A stretch of DNA of 64,000 bases from a virus (IMGVR_UViG_3300037312_001875:1-64000), one strand, 5' to 3'. Positions 20,790 through 31,591 are shown, numbered from the stretch's first letter. Numbers and translations: made by a program. Notes: generated by a model not told the origin, from the letters alone.

Positions 20790-20856
20790 TAGAAATAAAC
20801 GAAACAGCAATGGTCTTTATAGGCTGTTGCTGTTTTTATATGAGGAGGGACAGTAA

Positions 20857-21147
20857 ATGGCAGTAGGAGATGTAGTAACAGGACTTTCTTCCGTTGCGGC
20901 AAGTGGAACATTGGATATAAAGCCAGCTTCCGGAGTGGAGTGGGTGATTCATAATATTTATTATAACCAGGGGACTGTTGAGTTTTATAAAACAGACGGG
21001 ACGAATCTATTAAAATTTGATTCTGACTCTACTTTTGGAGGAAGGTTAGGCGTTGTGTTCCATTGTACGAATAGCCAATGGATTCAAATCAAGAATACGG
21101 CAGCGAGTGCAACCTTGATTGGATACGACGGGGTGCAAACGAAATGA
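20857..21147 (+). CDS. Hypothetical beta-rich virion protein
   Basis: GAGGAGG SD; lies within the fibre operon. Confidence 0.6.
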   Translation: MAVGDVVTGLSSVAASGTLDIKPASGVEWVIHNIYYNQGTVEFYKTDGTNLLKFDSDSTFGGRLGVVFHCTNSQWIQIKNTAASATLIGYDGVQTK

Positions 21148-21168
21148 CAAGATTAATATCTATGCATA

Positions 21169-22011
21169 GTGAGGTGGTTGAAGGTGACTGTATTATGGGG
21201 TGACACAGGAAAAGCGGCCGTTGGACCATTAAAAACCTTTACTATTACACAGGCAACACCACGAGAAGATTTTTTTAACAATAATCCGTCGGCCACCTAT
21301 TTCACTACAAACATGCCGACTGCTCAAACTGCAGGTATCGGGGCAACTTTTACAGTCCAGACGAGTGATTTCCCTACCTTATCGCCTGTCTTTGACTGTA
21401 AGTACACCGCCTTTGTCGTAGTCAGTGGAAAAAACAACTCAGGAAACACTGTTACGATATCTCATCAGCCGTTTAAAAACGGAACCAGTGTTACTACGGC
21501 ACAAACGCAAACCGGTGTAACAGCAGCGCAATTTTGGACCACTACCGTTTTTCGTTTTTATGATGTGCAAGTTGGGGATGTGTTGAATGTTCAAGTCTGG
21601 GCTAGTCTGGCCAATGTTTCCTTCGATTATTGCGCTTTGTTCATTTATCCGACTAGATTGCAGTTATCAAAAAATGGAACGGCATTAAAAGATTTAACCT
21701 TATCTAATATTCAAAGCAGTACGTTGTTAACGACTGCAACCACTCCAGTGGACAGCAGCGCACTGAATGCCGGTGTTAATAATCAAGTTTACTACCTCTA
21801 TCTCATGAACAATACAGGACAAATAGTAAGCACTAATGCAAGCGGAACGCTTACTATTCCGTTTTGGAATTTTGATTCCAGTTATGGACTGTTAAGGGCA
21901 AACAACGGGGATACCACTTTAAGTCAATATTATGGAGCGCATTCTTCTAACCGTTATTATTCAAAACTAGCCCTTCCACAAACAGTCTCGTTCCGGGAAG
22001 TCTCGTTTTAA
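21169..22011 (+). CDS. Hypothetical Thr/Ser-rich virion protein
   Basis: Long ORF in the fibre operon; start codon uncertain (GTG or TTG). Confidence 0.55.
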   Translation: MRWLKVTVLWGDTGKAAVGPLKTFTITQATPREDFFNNNPSATYFTTNMPTAQTAGIGATFTVQTSDFPTLSPVFDCKYTAFVVVSGKNNSGNTVTISHQPFKNGTSVTTAQTQTGVTAAQFWTTTVFRFYDVQVGDVLNVQVWASLANVSFDYCALFIYPTRLQLSKNGTALKDLTLSNIQSSTLLTTATTPVDSSALNAGVNNQVYYLYLMNNTGQIVSTNASGTLTIPFWNFDSSYGLLRANNGDTTLSQYYGAHSSNRYYSKLALPQTVSFREVSF

Positions 22012-22044
22012 AAAAAATATAGGGCAAAAAGGTGGTGAAAGCTT

Positions 22045-24864
22045 ATGCCTATTACAGCTAGAGGTCTATGGACTTCGAATCGATTAGACGAGCGAGGGCG
22101 GTTTATATTCGGAAGTTTGGATGAACGCGGACAAACTGTAGCGGGAACTTCCACTGGAGCTGCGACTAATCCTGTTTTTGGGACAGTATCTCTTAATCCC
22201 AATCCTAGTGGATTGACTGTTACTGCCAGTGTTATTAAATTAACCCCTATGGCAAGCATTGATGGCGGAAGTTTTTTAAACACCCAGTTTACTTCTACTA
22301 TTGATGGCGGTGCTTACCAAACAACGCAATTTAATTCCGTTAAGGATGGGGGCGTCTTTAGACTGATCGACGGAGGAATATTTAACAATTCCGTTACTAC
22401 TAACACCATAGATGGAGGTGCCTTTACCGATACAACCGTAAGTAATACGAGGGATGGCGGTGCCTTTACATCTTCACCTTCTCCTTCTAAAGATTCGGAT
22501 ATCAATGGAGGTGATTTTGCAGATCCGCAGGATTCCTCCGTCGATGCTGGTGGTTTCACGGATACTCAAAACTCTTCGATTGATGGCGGTGCCTTTACGG
22601 ATATTTCTTCGGTTTCGATAGGGGCAAGTTCGACCGTTACTGCAAATGGAAGGTCGATTCTAACATCTTCGGTTACGATTACTGATTTAAGTTCTCTTGT
22701 TGTTCAACCAAGTTCGGTTCCTTCTAGTGTTTCCATAAATGCTAATACGCAGGTAACCACTTATGGAGCTGCTATCCAACAATCCTTTGTTTCCATAAGT
22801 GCTGGTACAACTATCACATCGATTGGAAACACGATACAAAATTCGTCTATATCTATTACGGCATCAGGTTCTCTCGTCTCTCAAGGAAGTTTGGTGGGAA
22901 CAACAACCAATATTCTTGATGGAGGTTCTTTTAAAAATTATGTCAGCACGAACACCGTCGATGGCGGATCCTTTACCAATACAACCGTAAGTAACACACG
23001 AGATGGCGGGGTCTTTACGTCTTTACCTTCTCCTTCTACGGGTTCCGACGTTGACGGTGGTGACTTTACTAGCCCTAACGACTCCTCAATTGATGGCGGT
23101 AATTTTACCAATCAAAATGATTCTGCTATCGATGGTGGTAATTTTGTTGATTACACCATTGTAATCAATGGCCGTTCTACTTTGATTGTATCGGGTTCTG
23201 TTTCTTCATTAGGGACGATAGATGGAGGGAACTTTGATGATCCGTCATACGATACCGTCATCGACGGTGGAAGTCCTGATGACACCGCATATGATTTTAT
23301 CATTGATGGAGGAACGTTGGACTCTATTTTTATAAGTTCGCTTTCTTCGTTAAGTGCTAAGGGTGCCGGTGTTTTAACAGGACACGTTTCAATTTCCTCC
23401 GTTGGAAATGTCGTTGGAGGTATCGCTTCATCAACCCCTGTTTCCATTGAGATTGACCCTTTACCATCGAAGGTGTTCGTAACAGGAACTGTAATCAAAA
23501 AGGGAACCATTTCTTCTTCCGGAGCAGGTACCGTTGTGGTCAGCGCCGTGGGTGAATCGGTCGTTAAAACAGTCTTGTCAGGACCGATTGCGATAAATGC
23601 ATCGAGTTCAACCCAGTCCTATGGAACGATTGATGGACAAGTATCCGCTTTAATTTTTGGAACTGGATTAGTCATGGCGGGTGGAAACGTCATTTCGTCA
23701 TCCGCTGTGATCACCAGCAATTCATCCAGTACGGTAACATTGTCCGCAATTTGTATGGCATTAGGTAATGTTTCATCTTTCGGAACCGGAGTGGTGACAA
23801 CAAACGGAAAAATCAAGGCGGTTTCAGATATCATTTCCATTACCTCAACAAGTGCAGCAACTCCATCGGGAATCTTGATCACAAAAGGTTCTGGCTCCAC
23901 TTCCGGAATAAGTTCTGTCAGTGCTAATGGAAATGTAATTGCTGGTACCGGTGCTTCTATCGCGGCGTCAAGTGCGGTCACATCATCTTCTAGATATATT
24001 GCATCTGGAACGGCGTTGCCTGCGGGCAAGAGTAACCTTACGACTGAAGAAGGAACAGTATCTTTATCAGGTCCACTCCCTATTCATGCGTCTAGTGTGT
24101 TAACAGCCTCCGCGTTCATAGTTGCTAAAAATACTGTTTCTTGTTCTGGCAAAGGAAATTTATCTGTTGTAGGCGATAGGGTCGCGATCGCGCCTTCGTT
24201 CACTTTTAATGGAAAAAGTAACATAAGCATTTCTCAAATATTGACGAGACCGGCCAACGCTTCGGTTTCAAGCAATGGCACCGTAACCGCCATTGGTAGA
24301 GTCATAAAGAGCGGAGCGATCGGCGTCAATGCTCAGGGAACGAGTACGAATGAAATCAATGGCTTTGTTATCTTAGGCGGAATCGTGAAGTTAACGGATA
24401 CAAGTAGAGTGGATAGCATTCCAATCGCTGTCCGCCTAAGCGGTTCATCGTTGAAATCGGGGGCTTCTCTGACCCTATCGTTCAACGGGGTGAGACTGGC
24501 ACAGGCTTCTTTTGCGGCAACGAGCTCGATTGCTGCCAACGATATCCGAATTCGTAGAGAAGGCTCAGCTGTTAATGGTGTTACTTCTGTTGAGATAGAA
24601 GCGATCCGAAGGACACTTAATACGGTCTTATTCGGTGGACAAACGGGAGTGACCGTTAATGGATTTACGACAACCAGAAGCAAAATCCTATTAGACTCTA
24701 AATCTTCTTTACGGACCAACGGTGGAAAAACAACTCCGGTTGATGTGGTCATCTCTGCTAAAGGCGACGTAAACCTATTCATTGGCGACAAAATTATTGG
24801 GGAAGTGAATCTTGAAGGAAATGTCGCTGGCAGTGTGAGTTTTTCGGGGATTCTAAAAAATTAA
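22045..24864 (+). CDS. Ser/Thr/Gly-rich repeat protein with about 18 IDGGxF motifs
   Basis: Two DGG clusters with an internal duplication (22408-22500 vs 22958-23040), then low-complexity beta repeats. Confidence 0.7.
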   Translation: MPITARGLWTSNRLDERGRFIFGSLDERGQTVAGTSTGAATNPVFGTVSLNPNPSGLTVTASVIKLTPMASIDGGSFLNTQFTSTIDGGAYQTTQFNSVKDGGVFRLIDGGIFNNSVTTNTIDGGAFTDTTVSNTRDGGAFTSSPSPSKDSDINGGDFADPQDSSVDAGGFTDTQNSSIDGGAFTDISSVSIGASSTVTANGRSILTSSVTITDLSSLVVQPSSVPSSVSINANTQVTTYGAAIQQSFVSISAGTTITSIGNTIQNSSISITASGSLVSQGSLVGTTTNILDGGSFKNYVSTNTVDGGSFTNTTVSNTRDGGVFTSLPSPSTGSDVDGGDFTSPNDSSIDGGNFTNQNDSAIDGGNFVDYTIVINGRSTLIVSGSVSSLGTIDGGNFDDPSYDTVIDGGSPDDTAYDFIIDGGTLDSIFISSLSSLSAKGAGVLTGHVSISSVGNVVGGIASSTPVSIEIDPLPSKVFVTGTVIKKGTISSSGAGTVVVSAVGESVVKTVLSGPIAINASSSTQSYGTIDGQVSALIFGTGLVMAGGNVISSSAVITSNSSSTVTLSAICMALGNVSSFGTGVVTTNGKIKAVSDIISITSTSAATPSGILITKGSGSTSGISSVSANGNVIAGTGASIAASSAVTSSSRYIASGTALPAGKSNLTTEEGTVSLSGPLPIHASSVLTASAFIVAKNTVSCSGKGNLSVVGDRVAIAPSFTFNGKSNISISQILTRPANASVSSNGTVTAIGRVIKSGAIGVNAQGTSTNEINGFVILGGIVKLTDTSRVDSIPIAVRLSGSSLKSGASLTLSFNGVRLAQASFAATSSIAANDIRIRREGSAVNGVTSVEIEAIRRTLNTVLFGGQTGVTVNGFTTTRSKILLDSKSSLRTNGGKTTPVDVVISAKGDVNLFIGDKIIGEVNLEGNVAGSVSFSGILKN

Positions 24865-24934
24865 TAGACGACCTTTCAAAGGTCGTTTTTTTTTACCATT
24901 ATCAATCTTTAAACGTGATAGAATAATAATTAAT

Positions 24935-24950
24935 TAGGACTTTCGACCTA
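24935..24950. promoter_or_regulatory. 16-bp dyad box
   Basis: TAGGAC-TTTC-GACCTA directly followed by TAAGGAGG. Confidence 0.6.
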
Positions 24951-24977
24951 TAAGGAGGAGGTAAAGGAGGGTGCTTT

Positions 24978-25331
24978 ATGACCAAGAAGAACCAGAACTT
25001 CTCAATGGTAGCGGGCGATACCATGTTAATCAATATTGGTGTGACCGATTCTAACGGAACCCCCATTAACTTAACAGGATGTTCCATTACATGGATTGTC
25101 AAAAAGACAGTCAAAGCCCCTATCGTTTTGGTGACTAAAACGACGCAGGATGATATTGCAATTCGGGATGTCAGAAAAGGACTGTTTGTCGTAAAACTCA
25201 ACAGCCAAGATACGGCGGGATTTGATGGTCGAATGTATCACGAAGCCAAAGTAAAAGATGCTTTCGGCGATGTAGCCACGGTTGCCACTGGTTTGATCAC
25301 CTTCGTTCCGAGCGGAGCGGTGGCAACATGA
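24978..25331 (+). CDS. BppU N-terminal-like Ig-fold adaptor
   Basis: AGDT...I.VTD.NG.PINLTG.SI.W.VK...G.F.V.L...DT pattern. Confidence 0.6.
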   Translation: MTKKNQNFSMVAGDTMLINIGVTDSNGTPINLTGCSITWIVKKTVKAPIVLVTKTTQDDIAIRDVRKGLFVVKLNSQDTAGFDGRMYHEAKVKDAFGDVATVATGLITFVPSGAVAT

Positions 25332-25371
25332 CGAGTCGACAATTACAAGTTCAATAGATGGAGGGATTCTA

Positions 25372-26412
25372 ATGGATAAAATTTTAGTGCGCAGAGGATT
25401 AAAAGGTGATTTGCCTGACCTTGATGAAGGAGAATTCGGATATTGCACAGACACTCGTGAAGTTTTTATTGGTACTTCTACTGCTACGAATGTCCCGGTT
25501 GGAGGAGCATCAAATTTAGATGGTCTGACTGACGTCGATACGACGACAACTGCACCAACCAATGGTCAAGTGTTGAAATATGATTCTGCAACAAGCCTTT
25601 GGAAGCCGGGCACGGTGACAGGCGGTGGTGGAGGACCGACTTTAGTAGCTTCTTACACTCATACGAAGAACAAAGAGGTAGCTGTATCAGCTATTAACTA
25701 TACAGATGGCACATTCTCTTCTACCGGTCATGGATTGGCTCTTAATGACACAGTGACCATTATTCCTAACAAGGATATGGTTAATTCAGGTGTCAACGCT
25801 GGTAATGGTGGTAGCTATGTGGTTGGTTATTATCCTACGGGGATTTCCGCTAGGACTAAGTACTATGTAGTAAATCCACAGACTGACTCATTCCAATTAT
25901 CGGCTACTTCTGGTGGAGCGGCTATTGTTCCAACGAACCCGAACTCAACCGTGGACGTAACTAAGTGGCATTTTGAAAGACAGGTGGATTCTACTATCGA
26001 CTTTGGAACACTTCCAGCGGCGGGTTCGAAATTCCGAATAGTGCTTAGTGGAAAGGTGTTACGAAGCAACACAGGTCAATTAAACGTATATGCGGGTTCA
26101 TTGCAATTCCCATATACCAATTTACTTGTGTCCACCAATACTATCATGTCAGGATTCGGAAATGGCGTTTGGTCTTTAGCTGGTGACATGCACACCTACC
26201 GTGAATATGACCTTAATTCTGAGGGGTACTATTACATTCGACAAAGAGGAGTAGACTACGCTACCAATACTACTTCCGCATACACGGCTACTGTTCGTGA
26301 TAATACAGGTATTTGTCAAGATTACACATTCTTCAATAAACAAATAACAAAAATAACGATCATTAACATTGATGCGGCGAATGGTTTAACTGTCCAACTT
26401 TATAGCATGTAA
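25372..26412 (+). CDS. Fibre/receptor-binding protein with Mtd_N-like N-terminus
   Basis: ILVRRG...LDEGEFGYCTDTREVFIG; LDGLTDVD...PTNGQVLKYDS..LWKP fibre repeat. Confidence 0.7.
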   Translation: MDKILVRRGLKGDLPDLDEGEFGYCTDTREVFIGTSTATNVPVGGASNLDGLTDVDTTTTAPTNGQVLKYDSATSLWKPGTVTGGGGGPTLVASYTHTKNKEVAVSAINYTDGTFSSTGHGLALNDTVTIIPNKDMVNSGVNAGNGGSYVVGYYPTGISARTKYYVVNPQTDSFQLSATSGGAAIVPTNPNSTVDVTKWHFERQVDSTIDFGTLPAAGSKFRIVLSGKVLRSNTGQLNVYAGSLQFPYTNLLVSTNTIMSGFGNGVWSLAGDMHTYREYDLNSEGYYYIRQRGVDYATNTTSAYTATVRDNTGICQDYTFFNKQITKITIINIDAANGLTVQLYSM

Positions 26413-26459
26413 TTTATGAAGCCAATAGGAGACTGTTGGCTTTTAAAGGAGGGTAAAAA

Positions 26460-28427
26460 ATGGCACCCAAAATTCAAATCAGAAGAGGGTTAAGTTCTAG
26501 TTTGCCGATCAATTTAGCAGAAGGTGAATTTGGCTTTACTACAGATTCAAAGGAACTTTATATTGGTTCAACCGGAGGGAATGTTAAGTTAGCGAAATAT
26601 TCGGATTTAAGCTCGATTTCTGGTGGAAGTGTTATTGAGACTTATGAAACGGAAGCGGTAGGAGAATTATTCTATCCGCCTGGCAACTACAACGCATGGT
26701 GTCCGAGCAATTTACAGTGGGATAAAACAAGAGGGGTCTTTGCGGTTCTGATTAATGCTGCTGATGCCCATGTATTCACTAAGATAGACCAATACTTCTG
26801 TACAATTAATCCTGACACGCTTATTTCCACGAAACCTGTTCTTGTTAGTCCGAAAGATACTAGTGGGAATGCTGTTGCATGGGACACTCAAACATCTTCT
26901 AATAATTTTATGATACTAAATGATGGAACATATGTATTTTATAGAAGATTAGGTGGAGTTTATCAAAGAATAACCTCGACAGACGGTGGTGTCACTTGGG
27001 TTAATCAAGGACCTATTACTTTTACACCAGGTGGTATTATCACTACTTCCTCCAATATTTGGGGCATCCAAAAACTATCTAGTGGAAGATTAATTATTGG
27101 ATGGGGAGCTCAAGCGGAGGTTCGAGGAAAAATTTCATGGTCAGATAATGGGATAGATTGGAATGTTGTTAATATCGGTTGGAATACAATAAGTCCAACA
27201 CCTACAGCAGCAGAGCCTCATATTATTGAAGTGAAACCTGGTCAGTTAGTAAGTTTGGCGAGGATGACAAGCGCGGGTGCTACGGGTGGATTATCCCCTG
27301 AACCTGCCTTAATATCTTTCTCTAATGATAATGGTGCCTCTTGGACACCTTATGTAAAATCTTCATCAATTACTGACATGAATGCATCTGGGGCTACAGC
27401 GTTTGTTCATGATGGTATGGTTGAAGTGTTCGTAGCTTCAAGATTCTATGGTAGTACAAGCAATGTAAACACAGGTGAAACTGGTGCGATCTATCATTAT
27501 ACCGCAACATTAGATAATGCATTAGCGGACAAATTCACCTTAAAAAATGTGAGTGTATTTGCAAATGCGGTAGATAGCGTGGACTTCCATTCTCCTTGTG
27601 TGGCCATTGACAGTAAAAAAAGACTTCTTCTTATGTATATGGATCAAACGCATTATACCGTTACAACGGCAGAAGTGAACTATTTATTTGTAAGAGGTGG
27701 AAGGACATCTGTACCTAAATTAAATGCTGATGGAAAAAATGCGCCTCTATTTGGATATAGCGGGAAATATATTGAATCACTAGTTTCAAATTTAAAAACA
27801 GAAATTGCTACTTTGCAAAACAAAGTATCCTTAATTAGCGGAGTAACAAATCCTGTTCCTGCTCCCAAAGGTACTTTAATTTGGACTAAAAAATATAATA
27901 CTCAGCTTGAAAACAAATATGTATATGATTCTAGTAATGAATTTTCAGGTAGAGTGCAATGGGCATCACAAGCAACTCCTTCTTACAATAATATTGAAAC
28001 AGATGCAAATGGTATTAAATATCATAGTACGGGTACATCCGGAACAATTCTTATTCCTGTAACAAAGCCAAATTTTTCTATTCAATATACAGGCACAATT
28101 GGAAATGAATCGATATGGTCACCGACTGCAGCTGGTATTATCAATGGAGTAGCGTATGGAGCTATCTTTGTGGCAAAATATGGTGTTACTAAAAATATAT
28201 ATCATGAATTTAGATTTGAAAATTGGAATGGCAAAATGAAAGTATTCATCGATAATATTGAAATGCCTACTGTCGTAAGTACAAACTTTGATTCTAATTC
28301 ATCTAATATGTACAGTAATACTTGGAGCCAAGCCCAAACTTTAGGTTATGTTGCAGGTAATACTTATGCGGTTGCCAGCATATCGTCTGGAAAAATCTAT
28401 GACCTCAAATTTGGTGAATGGGATTAA
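26460..28427 (+). CDS. Mtd_N-like plus BNR/Asp-box sialidase-fold receptor-binding protein
   Basis: IQIRRG...LAEGEFGFTTDSKELYIG; Asp boxes STDGGVTW, SDNGIDW and SNDNGASW. Confidence 0.75.
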   Translation: MAPKIQIRRGLSSSLPINLAEGEFGFTTDSKELYIGSTGGNVKLAKYSDLSSISGGSVIETYETEAVGELFYPPGNYNAWCPSNLQWDKTRGVFAVLINAADAHVFTKIDQYFCTINPDTLISTKPVLVSPKDTSGNAVAWDTQTSSNNFMILNDGTYVFYRRLGGVYQRITSTDGGVTWVNQGPITFTPGGIITTSSNIWGIQKLSSGRLIIGWGAQAEVRGKISWSDNGIDWNVVNIGWNTISPTPTAAEPHIIEVKPGQLVSLARMTSAGATGGLSPEPALISFSNDNGASWTPYVKSSSITDMNASGATAFVHDGMVEVFVASRFYGSTSNVNTGETGAIYHYTATLDNALADKFTLKNVSVFANAVDSVDFHSPCVAIDSKKRLLLMYMDQTHYTVTTAEVNYLFVRGGRTSVPKLNADGKNAPLFGYSGKYIESLVSNLKTEIATLQNKVSLISGVTNPVPAPKGTLIWTKKYNTQLENKYVYDSSNEFSGRVQWASQATPSYNNIETDANGIKYHSTGTSGTILIPVTKPNFSIQYTGTIGNESIWSPTAAGIINGVAYGAIFVAKYGVTKNIYHEFRFENWNGKMKVFIDNIEMPTVVSTNFDSNSSNMYSNTWSQAQTLGYVAGNTYAVASISSGKIYDLKFGEWD

Positions 28428-28501
28428 TTTTTAGAAAGCCAGCATCACTGCTGGCTTTTTTATTTTCAGCAATCTTTCTGAAAGTTTGATAGAATTCTTT
28501 A

Positions 28502-28517
28502 TAGGTATAAAGTCCTA
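28502..28517. promoter_or_regulatory. 16-bp dyad box
   Basis: TAGGTA-TAAA-GTCCTA directly followed by TAAGGAGG. Confidence 0.6.
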
Positions 28518-28531
28518 TAAGGAGGGGAAAT

Positions 28532-30949
28532 ATGACTCAAAAAATACAATTTAAGCGAGGGCAACAAAACGAACTACCCACTTTAGCAATTGGAGAACCT
28601 GCCTTTACTTTAGATACGAAAAAAATGTTTGTCGGATCCTCTGGTGGAAATATAGAATTGGCAAAAAGTTCGGTTGTCCACAATATCTCTTATGTTGTGG
28701 ACCTAGATCGATGGGGGATTACGCAAGGTTCCTTTGGAAAACCTCCTTATACAACAGACGAATGGGCGGTAGCTTATAACAATATTCAAGGATTGAATGC
28801 CGCTTTGGTGTTTGCGAAGGATAATGGCTATAATCGAGTGATTCTTCCAAAAGGAACATATAGTTTCTGTTACACAAACCCAACTGGCGGACCAAGACCA
28901 GTCGATATGAAGTCAATCCCCATTCAGTTATTCAGCAATCAAACATTAGACTTAAATGGTTCAACCTTTGAAGTTATGTATGATTCCATTAACAAGAACC
29001 CATACGATTTATCACCAGATACCACAGAGCCATGGAGGTTATCAGGTAACCTTATTAGTTTGGATGAATGTATTAATTCTCATGTAACCAACGGAAAGAT
29101 CATTGGAGACATCCCCAACAGAAGTTTCTCTGATGCAGGAACTGGTTTTGAGTCGGAAAAGGGGATGGAGCAAACAAGGGGAATTGGAATTAATAATGGA
29201 GCGAAAAACTGCTCTGTTTCCTTTATTGACATCTCTATGTTTATGGGTGACGCAATCCGTATCGGAAACACCCCTACTCAAACAACTAACTGGAACGTCA
29301 GTGGATGGGGTAACAACACATGTAATCCTGGTTACATCAATAATGATGGGACCATTAATGCCTCTACGAGTGGAGCTTATCTCTCTCCAGAATATACCAT
29401 TATTCAAGGAGAACATAAGGTTATTCAGTTGCGTACGAATGGAGGATACACACGTATCCCTGCTATCAAAGGTTTTTTCTTCGAGTTTGTATTCTTGGAT
29501 AGCAGTAAAGTAGTGGTAGCAAGAAAGAAAGCTACTTACTTACAATCGGTTACTGTCCCTTATAATGCTGCATATCTACGTATGCAGTTCACAGGACAAG
29601 ATGTTGGTCTAACTACTTTTAAACCCGATTATGCGATTACTAAAGTGCAAGCAGCAAATATCCATATCCATCACTGCGATATCCACGATAACCACCGTGG
29701 AGGAATAAGTGGTGGAGCTGACGATACGCTGATCGAATGGAACCGTATTTATCATAATGGTTTAGATTCCAGTATCGGAGTGCCTTTATTCCCTGATACA
29801 ACTCGTTACTGTATCAACTTTGAGGATAGTTATTGTAATAAGGTAACGATCCGTAACAATCTGATGTTTTCCGGATTCAATGGATTGCTATTGTCAGTCT
29901 ACAATATCAATGTTACTGGGAACATTATGTACAATTTCTCTTCTGGCGTTCTTATATATAACAATGCTAGAACGGTTGTAAGAGATAATTTGTTCATTGA
30001 TGCGGCTTCCATTGGATTGATGGATAATGTAGGTTTCCAACGAAGGGAAATTGACTTCGAACATAACTGGGTATTAGGCGGAAGTATGAGTGTAGACACT
30101 ACCTCATATCCTTCAACGAGTGTTCAGATTAGAAATAACCGTTTGACGCCGGACTCCATTTCTCTTACAGGAGCCGTTTTATTCACAGGAAATAAATTAG
30201 ACTCAACGACTGGGGATAAGAATACAGCGACTCAGTGGACTATTCGAGCTACAAGATGCACGAACAACGATTTTAACAATTGTGCTGTACAGATTGATAA
30301 ATATGATGATTCTAGCGTGTTCTCGGATAACCGCTTCAACTCTGTTGTGATCCGTCCGAGCAAATGGACGAATGAGATTGATTGGAGACGTACAAGATTC
30401 TATAACAGCTTTATCGATTGGTTGTATTTCTATGACAAGACAAAGAATGTCACAACCACTTTTACGGACTGTACGTTCCAAGATACCACATTCGATACAG
30501 GTCATGGATTCATCAACGATGCGACGAACGGAAACCTTACCGTATCAGTGCGATTCAAACGTTGTGAATTTAACATGACCAACGCGATTGCATCTACTGT
30601 CATGATTACCTTAAATGATAACGTGGCAAGCTCATCTTACCCAGCCGGAGTAGCGCAACGTCAATACAAAGCTGTATTCAAAGACTGTGAATTCAACAAT
30701 ACTTCGGATTCTCCTGTCCGTTATATTGCGAGTACGTCGAATAGTGGCTCTCAACCTAAGAACATGCTTTTAGAGCGATGCTCAATTGATACCGCTAGAT
30801 TCAAGCTGTTCGGAGATTATGCGAACAACAGTGCAACCATGAGGGATACCGATTTCTTAAATGGAAGCACTCCGATTACCATGACGAATGCTGCAGTGAC
30901 TACAGTTAAACAAGTTGAGTCTAGCTGGAACGGTTCGACTTGGATATAG
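28532..30949 (+). CDS. Mtd_N-like plus beta-helix tailspike
   Basis: IQFKRG...LAIGEPAFTLDTKKMFVG; VILPKGTY, LDLNGSTF, IHHCDIHDNHRGGIS beta-helix repeats. Confidence 0.75.
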   Translation: MTQKIQFKRGQQNELPTLAIGEPAFTLDTKKMFVGSSGGNIELAKSSVVHNISYVVDLDRWGITQGSFGKPPYTTDEWAVAYNNIQGLNAALVFAKDNGYNRVILPKGTYSFCYTNPTGGPRPVDMKSIPIQLFSNQTLDLNGSTFEVMYDSINKNPYDLSPDTTEPWRLSGNLISLDECINSHVTNGKIIGDIPNRSFSDAGTGFESEKGMEQTRGIGINNGAKNCSVSFIDISMFMGDAIRIGNTPTQTTNWNVSGWGNNTCNPGYINNDGTINASTSGAYLSPEYTIIQGEHKVIQLRTNGGYTRIPAIKGFFFEFVFLDSSKVVVARKKATYLQSVTVPYNAAYLRMQFTGQDVGLTTFKPDYAITKVQAANIHIHHCDIHDNHRGGISGGADDTLIEWNRIYHNGLDSSIGVPLFPDTTRYCINFEDSYCNKVTIRNNLMFSGFNGLLLSVYNINVTGNIMYNFSSGVLIYNNARTVVRDNLFIDAASIGLMDNVGFQRREIDFEHNWVLGGSMSVDTTSYPSTSVQIRNNRLTPDSISLTGAVLFTGNKLDSTTGDKNTATQWTIRATRCTNNDFNNCAVQIDKYDDSSVFSDNRFNSVVIRPSKWTNEIDWRRTRFYNSFIDWLYFYDKTKNVTTTFTDCTFQDTTFDTGHGFINDATNGNLTVSVRFKRCEFNMTNAIASTVMITLNDNVASSSYPAGVAQRQYKAVFKDCEFNNTSDSPVRYIASTSNSGSQPKNMLLERCSIDTARFKLFGDYANNSATMRDTDFLNGSTPITMTNAAVTTVKQVESSWNGSTWI

Positions 30950-30966
30950 GAACAAAAAAACGGAAA

Positions 30967-31001
30967 AAGGACTCCTTGTGTTTCTACAAGGAGTCCTTTT
31001 T
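30967..31001 (+). terminator. Intrinsic terminator
   Basis: AAAAGGACTCCTTGT-GTTTCT-ACAAGGAGTCCTTTT. Confidence 0.7.
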
Positions 31002-31153
31002 GTTGAGCTGTTACATCTAGGGTACTCCAATTATAGCATGAATTCGAGATAAAAAGTATTGAAAGATTAAGATTTGATTAAAATTGTAAATACAAGGTGA
31101 CAACTGATACAATAGTCCTAGTTTATTTTTATTAAAATGGAGGTTATCAATCT

Positions 31154-31426
31154 ATGAAAAATACCGTCACTCAAGAGCAAATTGACCGCCTGATCGAGGA
31201 TGCGAAAGTCGATATACAAACCGCTTTTGGAAAAACCACGATTGTTTCGGTTCAATTGAAGAATGGATTTGTGTTTGTGGAGTCCAGCTCCTGCGTAGAT
31301 CCTGCCAATTACAACGAGTCCATGGGCGCAGAGATTTGTATGAACCGCATCAAAAACAAGCTTTGGGAACTGGAAGGCTATCTGCTCCAAGAAACCATTT
31401 ATCGTAATTCTTTAATCGAACAATAA
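31154..31426 (+). CDS. Phage gp49/gp66 family protein
   Basis: KTT.V...LKNGF...ESSSCVDPANYN..MG.EIC...I.NKLWELEGYLL signature. Confidence 0.8.
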   Translation: MKNTVTQEQIDRLIEDAKVDIQTAFGKTTIVSVQLKNGFVFVESSSCVDPANYNESMGAEICMNRIKNKLWELEGYLLQETIYRNSLIEQ

Positions 31427-31591
31427 AGGCAAAAAGGTCCCGTGTTTCCGCACGGGACCTTTTCTAAAGACAACTAGATAGCATAGTACGATTATACTAC
31501 GTAATCGCGTCTTTTTGAATTGTCCCTTCGTTTTTATTTTCCTTTTGGCTATAATAAAGCTATTCGCTTTTATTTGAAAGGAGAAATAAAA

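Noticed and set aside
25372-30949. Diversity-generating retroelement suggested by Mtd_N-like domains
   Set aside because: No reverse transcriptase, no Avd and no template/variable repeat pair differing at adenines were seen in the window.
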